From: a bacterium
GTDB taxonomy: Bacteria > Arandabacterota > Arandabacteria > Arandabacterales > JALGWA01
Reading direction: 5' to 3'
Assembly: GCA_050125095.1 (NCBI GenBank)
Contig: JASFEA010000059.1
Location: 1-18,881, forward strand
Length of the DNA: 18,881 nt
Positions within the stretch are counted from its first letter, which is position 1, and every line of letters starts with the position of its first letter. The position numbers were made by a program, and so were the translations under genes. Below are positions 7,966-18,485 of the stretch, piece after piece. A model generated the notes under the pieces. That model ran no database searches. It had not been told where the DNA came from and saw only the letters and a program-made list of their open reading frames with translations.

Positions 7966-9696
7966 ATGAACGCTGCTCTGCTTCTCATCGGCGCGCTTCC
8001 GCTTTTCTTCCTCGCATACCGGCTCTACGGCCGGGTGCTCGGCCGCGTATTCGGCGAGGCCCCCGGCCGGAAGACCCCGGCCCTGGAGCAGCGGGACGGC
8101 AAGGACTTCGTCCCGGCGAAACCCGCCGTCCTCTTCGGTCATCACTTCGCCTCCATAGCCGGGGGCGGCCCGGTGGTGGGACCCACGGTGGCGCTTATCT
8201 TCGGCTACGGGCCCGCCTGGCTCTGGATCGTCGTGGGCGCCATATTCATAGGCGGGGTGCATGACTTCTCGTCTCTCTTCGTGAGCATCAGGGAGAAGGG
8301 CGGTTCCATCGCCGAGATTGCCGGACGCTACCTGGGCCGGGAGGGCTTCGTGCTCTTCATAGCCTTCGCCATCGTTTACATATTGCTTGTGACATCGGCG
8401 TTTCTGCAGATGACGGCCACGGCGCTCACGTCGCTCGTTCCGGCCGAAGCCCTCGGCATGGACGGAGGCAACGGGCTTCTCAAAACCGTTATGGACGGGG
8501 GCATAGAGAAAGTCAGGATCGGCGGCATAGCCTCGACCTCAGTCATAATCATCACCGCCTTCGCCCCGCTTCTGGGGTGGCTTGTCTACAGAAGGGGAGC
8601 GAGGACGTGGTTGATGGCGGCAATGGCCGTCGCGGTATGCGCGGTGTCCATAAGGGCGGGCCTCGCCTACCCTCTCACCGTAGGGCCGGACACGTGGATG
8701 ATCATCCTATCGGTTTACGTATTCTTCGCCTGCGGCATACCCGTATGGATAATCCTGCAGCCCCGGGACTTCACCAACTCCTTTATTCTCTATGGCGGCA
8801 TCCTCCTGCTTCTTGCCGGGGCCGCGGGGGCGGGCCTCAGGGGAGTTGAGCTCGCGGCCCCCGCCTTCGACACGGCGTCCGGTGAGGCGGCGCTAGGGGC
8901 GGTGTGGCCTTTCCTGTTCATAACCATTGCCTGCGGCGCCATTTCGGGTTTCCACGCTCTCGTTGCGAGCGGCACCACGTCCAAGCAGATAACCGCCGAG
9001 AGCCACGCGCGGAGGATCGGCTACGGCGGCATGCTCCTGGAGGGCGTGCTGGCCGTTTGCGTGGTGACCGCCGTCGCGAGCGGCATCTCCTTCGGCACTT
9101 TCAAGAGCATAGTCTTTCCCGAGGCCGGGCGGTCGAATCCCATACTGGGCTTCGCCATGGGCATGGGCGGCTTCCTTCACAAGGGCCTGGGTATCAACCC
9201 GACTTACGGAACCGTGTTCGGCATTCTCATGGTTGAGGGTTTCGTAGTGACCACGCTGGACACGGCGGTGAGGCTCAACAGGTACCTCCTGGAGGGACTT
9301 TGGAAGAGCGCCTTCAGGACGCCGCCCGCGCTGCTGCGCTCCTATTATTTCAACTCGCTTATCTGCGTCGTCCTCATGCTGGCGCTCGCCAAGACCAACG
9401 CATTTCTGGCCATCTGGCCGGTTTTCGGCACGGCCAACCAGCTCCTGGCCGCGCTCACGCTTACCTGCATAACCGTGTGGCTCAGGACGAGGCGGAAGCC
9501 CTACATCTTCACGCTCGTGCCGGCGCTTTTCATGCTGGCGACGACCACGGCCTCGCTGGTGACGCTGCTCAAGGACAAGTACGTACCCCAGGGGAATATG
9601 GTGCTGGCCACCGCGGCGGTGTTATTGCTGGGCCTGTCGGCTGCGTTTATATTAATATCGGCCAGGGTTCTAAAAAGAGGTGATGAACTTGGATAA
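7966..9696 (+). CDS. cstA: carbon starvation protein A family peptide/pyruvate transporter
   Basis: DGKDFVP, LFGHHFASIAGGGPVVGP, PFLFITIACGAISGFHALVASGTTSKQ and IWPVFGTANQLLA. Confidence 0.93.
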   Translation: MNAALLLIGALPLFFLAYRLYGRVLGRVFGEAPGRKTPALEQRDGKDFVPAKPAVLFGHHFASIAGGGPVVGPTVALIFGYGPAWLWIVVGAIFIGGVHDFSSLFVSIREKGGSIAEIAGRYLGREGFVLFIAFAIVYILLVTSAFLQMTATALTSLVPAEALGMDGGNGLLKTVMDGGIEKVRIGGIASTSVIIITAFAPLLGWLVYRRGARTWLMAAMAVAVCAVSIRAGLAYPLTVGPDTWMIILSVYVFFACGIPVWIILQPRDFTNSFILYGGILLLLAGAAGAGLRGVELAAPAFDTASGEAALGAVWPFLFITIACGAISGFHALVASGTTSKQITAESHARRIGYGGMLLEGVLAVCVVTAVASGISFGTFKSIVFPEAGRSNPILGFAMGMGGFLHKGLGINPTYGTVFGILMVEGFVVTTLDTAVRLNRYLLEGLWKSAFRTPPALLRSYYFNSLICVVLMLALAKTNAFLAIWPVFGTANQLLAALTLTCITVWLRTRRKPYIFTLVPALFMLATTTASLVTLLKDKYVPQGNMVLATAAVLLLGLSAAFILISARVLKRGDELG

Positions 9697-10072
9697 GAAG
9701 AGAATCGAAACCGGCGCGGCGCCGCCCGCCCTGGGCCCTTACAGCCAGGCAATAAGCGTCCGCGCGTCCGGGCTGGTGTTTGTATCGGGCCAGATCCCCC
9801 TGAACCCGGCCGGCGAGATAGAGGGCGAGACGGCCGCCGAGCAGGCCGAGACCTGCCTTCGCAACATCGCGGCCATACTGGAGACGGCCGGCGCGGGCAT
9901 GGACTCCGTGGTCAAGGTGACCGTTTTCCTGAAGACCATGGCGGATTTCGGGGCGGTGAACGAGGTGTACGCGAAGTTCTTCGGGGCGCCCTATCCGGCG
10001 AGGGCCTGTATAGGGGGCCTGGAACTTCCCAAGGATGTTCTCGTCAAAATAGAGGCCGTAGCGGCAGTCTGA
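9683..10072 (+). CDS. ridA: RidA/YjgF/UK114 family enamine/imine deaminase
   Basis: APPALGPYSQA, VFVSGQIP, VVKVTVFL, PYPARA (catalytic Arg) and LPKDVLVKIEAVA. Overlaps the cstA end, and an alternative GTG start lies at 9680. Confidence 0.92.
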   Translation: MNLDKKRIETGAAPPALGPYSQAISVRASGLVFVSGQIPLNPAGEIEGETAAEQAETCLRNIAAILETAGAGMDSVVKVTVFLKTMADFGAVNEVYAKFFGAPYPARACIGGLELPKDVLVKIEAVAAV

Positions 10073-10173
10073 CGGCGGGACCGGCGGGCTTAATCCGGTA
10101 CAATAGGGTAGTACCGGGCTCAATCGGACCTGGCCCCGGGCCGGGCGCTATCGAACTCAAGAGGAGATTATAG

Positions 10174-11217
10174 ATGGCGGATAAGAGAAAGAGACTAACC
10201 GAAATGGTGAGCTGCTCGGGCTGAGCTTCGAAGATAGGTCCGGGCGACCTATCCGAGATTCTCAAGGGCATAGCCAGGCGCAAGGTGCCGCGCCTTCTTG
10301 CGGGCGCCAATACGCTGGATGACGCAGCCGTATACCGTATGTCGTCCGGCTCGGCGATTCTGGCGACCCTGGATTTCTTCACGCCCGTCGTGGACGACCC
10401 CAGGGAGTTCGGGCGGATAGCAGCCGCGAACTCCTTAAGCGACGTATACGCCATGGGGGGAAAGCCCTTCCTGGCGCTCAACATACTGTGCGGGTCCACG
10501 GAGGCGCTTCCGGCCAGGGACCTGAGGAGCATCCTCATGGGCGGGGAGGAGAAAGTGGCGGAGGCCGGGGCCGTGGTGGCAGGGGGCCATTCGGTGGAGG
10601 ATAAGGAAATCAAATACGGCCTCTGCGTGCTGGGCACGGTGAAACCCGGCGAAGTTGTCTTCAATTACGGGGCCAGGCCCGGCGATGTACTCATTCTCAC
10701 CAAACCGCTGGGCATAGGCCTGATGACGACGGGCATCAAGTTCGGCCAGCTCAAGCGGCGCGGCATATCGAAGGTCATCAGGGTGATGGAGGAACTCAAC
10801 TCCCGGGCCTCGGAGATAATGACCAAAGTGGGAGTGAGCGCCTGTACCGATGTCACCGGATTCGGCTTTCTGGGGCATCTGCAGGAACTGGCGGCCGCGA
10901 GCAGGGTTGATATAAGAGTGGAGGCGGGCGCGGTGCCGGTCATGCCGGAGGCGTTTGACATGCTGAAGGCAAAGGCCATACCCGGCGGGCTGTGGACCAA
11001 TAAACATCATTTCTCGCGCTGGGTCAGGGCCGAGGGAATCGTGCCGGACATGCTGAACGTGCTTTACGATCCCCAGACCTCGGGGGGCCTTATCATTAGC
11101 GTCGGGGCCGATCGGGCCGATAAGATGCTGAGGAGACTCAGGAGGGCGGGAGTCAAGGACGCCGCCCAGGTGGGGAAAGTCCTTGCAAAAGGCAGGGGCG
11201 CCGTTATAGTTGAATAG
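10174..11217 (+). CDS. selD: selenide, water dikinase (selenophosphate synthetase), selenocysteine-containing (UGA at codon 17)
   Basis: RBS GAGGAG at 10161-10166 and ATG at 10174 give MADKRKRLTEMVSCSG-U-ASKIGPGDL, in frame with the 10285-11217 ORF. That ORF carries DDAAVY, TLDFFTPVVDDP, AANSLSDVYAMGG, DVTGFG and DPQTSGGL. Confidence 0.95.
10228..10256 (+). promoter_or_regulatory. bacterial SECIS-like hairpin of selD
   Basis: Perfect 8-bp stem GATAGGTC/GACCTATC with a G-containing loop CGGGC starting 16 nt after the UGA, plus a lower TCG/CGA stem. Confidence 0.75.
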
Positions 11218-11230
11218 TAAGACGAAATCG

Positions 11231-11325
11231 GGGAATGGATGGGTTCTGGTGGACCTCAAGGACTTCAAATCCTGTGTCGGGTGTGAACCATCCGAGGTGG
11301 GTTCGATTCCCACACATTCCCGCCA
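11231..11325 (+). tRNA. selC: tRNA-Sec (anticodon UCA)
   Basis: Acceptor stem GGGAATG/CATTCCC with a GCCA end. 6-bp D stem with TGGT loop. Anticodon loop CTTCAAA (TCA at 11265-11267). Long variable arm TCGGGTG/CATCCGA. T arm GTGGG-TTCGATT-CCCAC. Starts 13 nt after the selD stop. Confidence 0.96.
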
Positions 11326-11340
11326 AACCGGAGTGATGCT

Positions 11341-11850
11341 GTGAGGCTGGCGCTGATTCTGGTTCTCGGGGGGCTGGGGCTCTTGCTCCTGGCGACGTCG
11401 CTCTTCGCGGGCGACGGCGTCGCGACAGTAAAACCCGAGATACCCGCCGACACCAGCCGCGTAAGCCCGGTGGCCTTCACAAGCTCGCTCAACCGCTATG
11501 ACCTCGAGAGCCATCTCCAACACGAGCCCAGCCCCTGGAAAAGCGTCCTTCTTTCGGGAATCTACCCCGGCCTGGGGCAGCTCAATAACGGCAGCTGGGC
11601 CAAGTCGACTGCGTTTATAGTGATCGGCTCGCTTCTCGTTGCGAACATAGTCGTAGAGTCGCAGCGGGCCGACCGCTACAGGAACCTCAGCATAGGCAGC
11701 GAGGACGACGAGGCAGCCTACTACTACGACCAGTACTCCTCGCACCTCGACAGGAGAGACAGTTTCACGTGGTGGACTGTCGGCTTCTGGGCGCTGAACC
11801 TGCTTGACGCCTACGTTGACGGTCACCTCTTCTCCTTCTCGAGGCAGTAA
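11341..11850 (+). CDS. DUF5683-like exported/membrane protein
   Basis: Signal-peptide-like N-terminus, SPWKSVLLSGIYPGLGQLNN motif and C-terminal NLLDAYVDGHL. Confidence 0.7.
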   Translation: MRLALILVLGGLGLLLLATSLFAGDGVATVKPEIPADTSRVSPVAFTSSLNRYDLESHLQHEPSPWKSVLLSGIYPGLGQLNNGSWAKSTAFIVIGSLLVANIVVESQRADRYRNLSIGSEDDEAAYYYDQYSSHLDRRDSFTWWTVGFWALNLLDAYVDGHLFSFSRQ

Positions 11851-11883
11851 TCAGACTGCTCTTAAACCGATGGAGGAAACAGA

Positions 11884-12516
11884 ATGGCTGCCGCAAGTAC
11901 AGGTAAATCGGCGAAGAAGAAAAAGAAGCACAGCAAGAAAGACACGGCAAATGAGTGGATAAAGTCCATCCTCATCGCGCTGCTCCTGGCGCTCCTGACG
12001 CGTGCGACGGTGGTGCAGGCTTTCAGGATACCGACCGGTTCGATGGAACAGACGCTCCTCGAGGGCGATTTCCTCCTGGCCAACCGGTTCCTCTACGGTT
12101 CCCAGATCCCCTTCACCGACGTGAGATTGCCTGCCGTACGCGAACCCAAGCGCGGCGACATCATAATCTTCGAGCACCCGAGCGAGGGGAAAGACTTCAT
12201 CAAGCGATGCGTGGCGCTCCCCGGGGACAGAGTCGAGATCCGGAACGACGTCCTCTACGTAAACGGCGAGGCGGTTGATGAGCCCTATAAGAAGCTCTCG
12301 ACCTTCGGCGGGTCGCTGGCCAATTACGGGCCGGTTATAGTCCCCGAGGACCATCTCTTCATGCTGGGGGACAACCGGCACAACTCCTATGACAGCAGGT
12401 CCTGGGGGCCGCTTGACGAGAAGTACATTAAGGGCAAGGCCATGGTCATTTACTTCTCGTGGAACGGCGAAGCCCACTTTCCCAGGTTCACGCGCATGGG
12501 CAAGATCATCAGGTAG
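11884..12516 (+). CDS. lepB: signal peptidase I
   Basis: IPTGSMEQTL (catalytic Ser), FIKRCVALPGD (catalytic Lys) and GDNRHNSYDSRSWG. RBS GGAGG. Confidence 0.96.
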   Translation: MAAASTGKSAKKKKKHSKKDTANEWIKSILIALLLALLTRATVVQAFRIPTGSMEQTLLEGDFLLANRFLYGSQIPFTDVRLPAVREPKRGDIIIFEHPSEGKDFIKRCVALPGDRVEIRNDVLYVNGEAVDEPYKKLSTFGGSLANYGPVIVPEDHLFMLGDNRHNSYDSRSWGPLDEKYIKGKAMVIYFSWNGEAHFPRFTRMGKIIR

Positions 12517-12530
12517 AGACGGCGGACCTC

Positions 12531-12553
12531 AAAGAGGCGCGCGCGGCCTTTTT
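12531..12553 (+). terminator. possible intrinsic terminator after lepB
   Basis: AAAGAGGC-loop-GCCTTTTT hairpin ending in a T run. Confidence 0.45.
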
Positions 12554-12661
12554 GTCAGGAAACGCAAAAGAACCCGATTTCCGCCGTGGTCATGCTTGAG
12601 GCGGACCATATGGTCGGTGATTTGCTTTATGCACTCGCCCTCTCCAGAACGGATTTCAGAG

Positions 12662-12689
12662 TAAAGAGCACAAGGCCCGAAGCCGATAT
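12662..12689 (+). promoter_or_regulatory. putative sigma28-family promoter TAAA-N16-GCCGATAT
   Basis: Perfect SigD/FliA-type -10 box GCCGATAT at 12682-12689, with TAAAG upstream. Confidence 0.45.
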
Positions 12690-12782
12690 TAAGCTCGTAA
12701 TAGAGTGCGAACATTCAACTGGGTAGGAGTGCGCATGGGGACGTGCGCACATGATGGTGGGCTCGCTACTGGAGGGTCAATA

Positions 12783-13757
12783 GTGAGGCCTGCAGAGGAT
12801 ACTTGCGCGAAGCTGGTGGGCATTGCCCTGGCCGTGTGCATTCTGCTCGCGGCGGGTGCGGCGCCCGCGGCGAGCGGGGAAAGTGCGCCCGTTCTCGTGC
12901 TTGAGAGCCGGCGCATCAAGGCATACGACGCCGCGCTCTCGGGTTTCGAGGAAGCCATGGAGCGGAGGGATTATAATCCCCAGCTGACGCGCTATATCCT
13001 GAACGAAGACCTTCAGACCACCGAGCAGCTTGCTGCGCTGGCCGGAGGAATGGGAGCGAAAATAGTGCTCGCGCTCGGAACCGACGCGGCGCGTTTTGTG
13101 AAGGACGCGGATCTTGCCATGCCGGCGGTTTTCTCCATGGTGTCCGAGCCCGGGGCGAGCGGCCTTCTTAACGACGACAGCTCTCTGGGCGCGGCGATGA
13201 CGGGCGCCTGCCTCGATGTGCCTGTGCGCGAGCAGTTCATGTCGCTTCTGGACGTCGTGCCCGGCGCAAAGCGCATCGGGGTGGTCTACAATCCGGATGA
13301 GACCCAAATCATGGTTGACGAGGGGCGGGCCGTCGCCAACAGCATGAATCTGGGATTCGTTTCCCAGGCCGTGAGGTCGGAGGCCGACGTTCCCAAGGCG
13401 CTCGGCGAACTCAGGCCCAAGATAGACGCCCTGTGGCTCGTGGGCGACAGGACGGTGCTCACCACCCAGTCACTGCAGTATGTATTCCTCTTTGCATTCC
13501 AGAACAACCTGCCGCTTATCGGCCTCTCAGAGCACTTCGTAAAAATGGGCGCCCTCTTCGCGGTGGGCCCGGACTATGAGGACGTAGGCCGGCAGTCGGG
13601 CGAGCTGGCCTCGAGAATACTCTCGGGCGAGCAGCCCGAAGACATGACTTATGTCTCACCACGCAGAGTGCTGCTGTCGCTCAACCTCAGGACGGCGGAG
13701 ATAATAGGCATCGAGGTTCCCGAGCACATCATCCGCAGCGCTTCCGCGACATACTGA
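12783..13757 (+). CDS. ABC-type substrate-binding protein (ABC_sub_bind / putative Trp-Tyr-binding-like family), orphan
   Basis: Signal-peptide-like N-terminus, with KRIGVVYNP, DALWLVGD.TV, VKMGAL, DYEDVGRQSGELASRIL and LNLRTAEIIGI. The GTG at 12783 follows RBS GGAGGG and is preferred over the 12705 start. Confidence 0.8.
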   Translation: MRPAEDTCAKLVGIALAVCILLAAGAAPAASGESAPVLVLESRRIKAYDAALSGFEEAMERRDYNPQLTRYILNEDLQTTEQLAALAGGMGAKIVLALGTDAARFVKDADLAMPAVFSMVSEPGASGLLNDDSSLGAAMTGACLDVPVREQFMSLLDVVPGAKRIGVVYNPDETQIMVDEGRAVANSMNLGFVSQAVRSEADVPKALGELRPKIDALWLVGDRTVLTTQSLQYVFLFAFQNNLPLIGLSEHFVKMGALFAVGPDYEDVGRQSGELASRILSGEQPEDMTYVSPRRVLLSLNLRTAEIIGIEVPEHIIRSASATY

Positions 13758-13776
13758 TACCCCGTCCATACGGTTC

Positions 13777-13805
13777 TTGCAAAATCCTCACTCGCTTACT
13801 AAAAT
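13777..13805 (+). promoter_or_regulatory. sigma70-type promoter of the grpE-dnaK-dnaJ operon
   Basis: TTGCAA-N17-TAAAAT, about 45 nt upstream of the grpE start. Confidence 0.6.
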
Positions 13806-13849
13806 CATCTCGGCGGAACTGCGTCTTCAGAAGGAGGTTTTGAGGCCAA

Positions 13850-14429
13850 GTGACTGGGAAGAAGCACAGCAGGGACAGAGATCCCGAACCCGAAGAGACC
13901 GTGGTGGAAATATCCGGTGAAGGCGACGCCCGGGGCGAAGAGCCAACCGCTCCTGCCGAAGAGGGCAGGGCCGAAATCGACGTCGTACGCGACGAGCTCG
14001 AGGACGCCAAGGACAAGTACCTGAGGGCGCTTGCGGATTTCGACAATTACCGCAAGCGCGTTGCCCGCGAAAAGGAGCAGTATATTCAATGCGCCAATGA
14101 GGAGCTCATAAAGAGCATTCTCGAAGTCGTCGACAACCTGGAGCGGGCGCTGGAGGCCTCGAGCGAGAACACCAACTATGAGGCCCTCGCCAAGGGGGTC
14201 GAGCTCACGCTGCAGAGGCTCAAGGACATACTCACCGGAGAGGGGCTCTGCCATATCGAGTGCCTGGGGCTCCCCTTCGATCCCAACTACCACGAGGCCG
14301 TGATGGCCATGGAGAAGGAAGACGCGGAGCCGGAGACGGTCATAGAGGAGACACAGAAAGGATACACGCTCAAGGGCAAAGTCATAAGACCGAGCAAGGT
14401 CGTGGTCTCCAAGGAGGCTGGAGGAAGAG

Positions 14430-14437
<8 letters not shown>
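13850..14437 (+). CDS. grpE: nucleotide exchange factor GrpE
   Basis: [31 protein letters not shown] and [18 protein letters not shown]. Confidence 0.97.
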
Positions 14438-16412
<1,975 letters not shown>

Positions 16413-16418
16413 TTATAG

Positions 16419-17564
16419 ATGTCAAAGCGGGATTACTATGAGGTTCTCGGCATCGGCCGGGGCGCCACGGCCGAAGAGCTGAAAAAGGCGTATCGCCGGC
16501 TGGCGCTCAAGTACCACCCCGACCGCAATCCGGGCGACCATGAAGCCGAGGCCAAGTTCAAGGAGGCCACGGAGGCGTATGAGGTTCTCCGCGACCCCGG
16601 CAGGCGCGCCCAGTATGACCGCTTCGGCCATGCTGCGGCCCAGGGAATGGGCGGCTTCAGTTTCGACTTCGGCGGCTTCGACCTCAGCGACGCGCTGCGC
16701 GCATTCATGAGGGACTTCGGCAGCCCCTTCGGGGACATCTTCGGTGCTCCGGGTGGGGCGCGGCGCGGGGGCAGGATGCGGGGCAGCGACCTTCGGGTGA
16801 AAGTGAGCCTCACGCTGGAGGAAATCGCCGGTGGGACGGAGAAGAAAATCAAGTTCAAGCGCCTGGCCGGCTGCCCGGCCTGCGGGGGCTCGGGGGCGAA
16901 GGAAGGCACGACTCCCGTCACATGTCCGGATTGCAACGGCACAGGCGAGGTGCGCCGCGTGCAGAGATCCCTCTTCGGCCAGATAATGAATGTGACCGCC
17001 TGCGGCACGTGCGGGGGAGAGGGCAGTATAGTGGATGAGCCGTGTCCCGAGTGCAGGGGGGAGAGGCGTACCGAGATCGGGGAAACCGTGCTCGTTAAGA
17101 TACCGGCGGGCATATCGCATGAAAACTACATCCCGATTAGAGGCAAGGGGAATGACGGCCTCAGGGGCGGGCGCGCGGGCGACCTCCTCGTCTATATCGA
17201 AGAGATCGAGCACCCCGTCTTCGAGCGGCGCGGCGATGACATATACTGCAATGTCCCCATTTCGTATTCGGTCGCCGCACTGGGCGGCGAGATAGAAGTC
17301 CCGACGCTTGACGGGGACCACAAGCTCAAGATCCCGTCGGGCACCCAGTCCAACAAGGTCTTCAAGCTCAGGGGCAAAGGGCTCCCGCATCTGGGGCGCA
17401 GGGGAAGGGGCAGCGAACTCGTGCGGACAATTGTCTGGGTCCCCACGAAGGTCGGCAAGGAGGAGAAAAAGCTGCTTGAAGAACTCTCCAAATTCTCCGG
17501 CAGGGAGAAGATCGAGCCCGGCAGGAGCTTCGTCGAGAAACTCATGAAGCTACTCGGGGATTGA
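16419..17564 (+). CDS. dnaJ: molecular chaperone DnaJ
   Basis: J domain with HPD, a G/F region, four CxxCxGxG-type zinc repeats, and the C-terminal domain. Confidence 0.98.
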   Translation: MSKRDYYEVLGIGRGATAEELKKAYRRLALKYHPDRNPGDHEAEAKFKEATEAYEVLRDPGRRAQYDRFGHAAAQGMGGFSFDFGGFDLSDALRAFMRDFGSPFGDIFGAPGGARRGGRMRGSDLRVKVSLTLEEIAGGTEKKIKFKRLAGCPACGGSGAKEGTTPVTCPDCNGTGEVRRVQRSLFGQIMNVTACGTCGGEGSIVDEPCPECRGERRTEIGETVLVKIPAGISHENYIPIRGKGNDGLRGGRAGDLLVYIEEIEHPVFERRGDDIYCNVPISYSVAALGGEIEVPTLDGDHKLKIPSGTQSNKVFKLRGKGLPHLGRRGRGSELVRTIVWVPTKVGKEEKKLLEELSKFSGREKIEPGRSFVEKLMKLLGD

Positions 17565-18298
17565 CCGTGCCAGCGCCCGCCGGACATCAGATCTTCTACG
17601 CGCCTCCCGGATCACTCAGCGGCGACAGCATTACCTTTCCACCCGATGAGAGCGCGCACATGGTAGCCAGTCTCAGGGTGGCCAGGGGTGACATTGTCAT
17701 GGCAACCGACGGCGCGGGAAGACTCTTCGAGGCTCAAATCGAAGATGCAGGCAGGAAGCTTACGGTGGCCAGGGTGACGCGGGTTGAGAAGATCGCCCCG
17801 CCCGGGGTGAAGCTCAGGCTGTACCAGGGGATGATCAGGCCCCAGAGAATGGACCTCATTGTCGAGAAATGCGTCGAGCTCGGAGTGACCTCAATAGTCC
17901 CCGTTTTCACGCAAAGGTCCTTAGAGAGAGATGCCGGGGCCAGGCTTTCCAGGTGGAAGAAGATTGCGCTTGAAGCCATGAAGCAGTCTCTCAGGGTTTA
18001 CCTGCCCGAGATATACGATGTGGGCCCGCTCGGCCGGGTTCTCGAAGAAGCAGGTGGACTGGAGCGCTTGCTGGTCGCGCATGAGGGCGAAGCAGCCCGG
18101 CCGCTGGAGGCGGCCGACGTCGCAATAGGGAAGGGAGAGATCGGCCTTTTCATAGGCCCCGAGGGCGGATTCAGCGAGGCCGAAATGCGGGCGTTTAAAG
18201 GGCTCGGGGCTACGGTTTTCGGTATGGGACGGGCCCGGCTCAAGAGCGAAACGGCGGCCATAGCGGCTGTTGCCCTTATTCGAGGGTTTTTGCAGTAA
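17561..18298 (+). CDS. rsmE: 16S rRNA m3U1498 methyltransferase RsmE
   Basis: [26 protein letters not shown] and LKSETAA. Follows dnaJ with a TTGA overlap. Confidence 0.93.
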   Translation: MTVPAPAGHQIFYAPPGSLSGDSITFPPDESAHMVASLRVARGDIVMATDGAGRLFEAQIEDAGRKLTVARVTRVEKIAPPGVKLRLYQGMIRPQRMDLIVEKCVELGVTSIVPVFTQRSLERDAGARLSRWKKIALEAMKQSLRVYLPEIYDVGPLGRVLEEAGGLERLLVAHEGEAARPLEAADVAIGKGEIGLFIGPEGGFSEAEMRAFKGLGATVFGMGRARLKSETAAIAAVALIRGFLQ

Positions 18299-18375
18299 TT
18301 GCGAGATATTCGAATTAGCTAACTAGTTATTTCCCAATATATTAGCCCGAGTTACCTATAAAATCCCCATACGAC

Positions 18376-18404
18376 TTGACACGCCCGGACCATTCTGCTA
18401 TATT
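18376..18404 (+). promoter_or_regulatory. sigma70 promoter of rpsU-yqeY
   Basis: TTGACA-N17-TATATT with an extended TG and an AT-rich upstream region. Confidence 0.8.
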
Positions 18405-18485
18405 CATAATTGGCGAATAACATATAATAGGAGTGTATGTTTTTTGGACACTCCCATATCGGCTCTGGAGGGGAGGTGGCTTTTT

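Noticed and set aside
10070-10093. Sec read-through of the ridA TGA stop (and of other TGA stops in the window)
   Set aside because: RidA is complete at the TGA and read-through would add only a few residues. The other TGA stops mostly overlap or abut downstream starts and show no redox motif.
10285-11217. ORF-track 310-aa SelD starting at GTG 10285, or selD as a nonsense pseudogene
   Set aside because: It lacks the catalytic N-terminus. The upstream in-frame UGA sits at the Cys/Sec position with a SECIS and an adjacent tRNA-Sec, so recoding explains it.
10435-11826. 463-aa minus-strand ORF, and the 75-aa ORF at 11265-11492
   Set aside because: They are antisense to selD, tRNA-Sec and the DUF5683-like gene, with no recognisable motifs. 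These are GC-rich shadow ORFs.
11326-11850. Genomic island integrated at selC
   Set aside because: No integrase, no duplicated tRNA 3' end and no compositional shift. Ordinary genes follow immediately.
12627-12735. CIRCE half-site-like words (TGCACTC, GAGTGCGAA, GAGTGCGCA)
   Set aside because: They are not arranged with the required 9-nt spacer and are about 1.1 kb from grpE.
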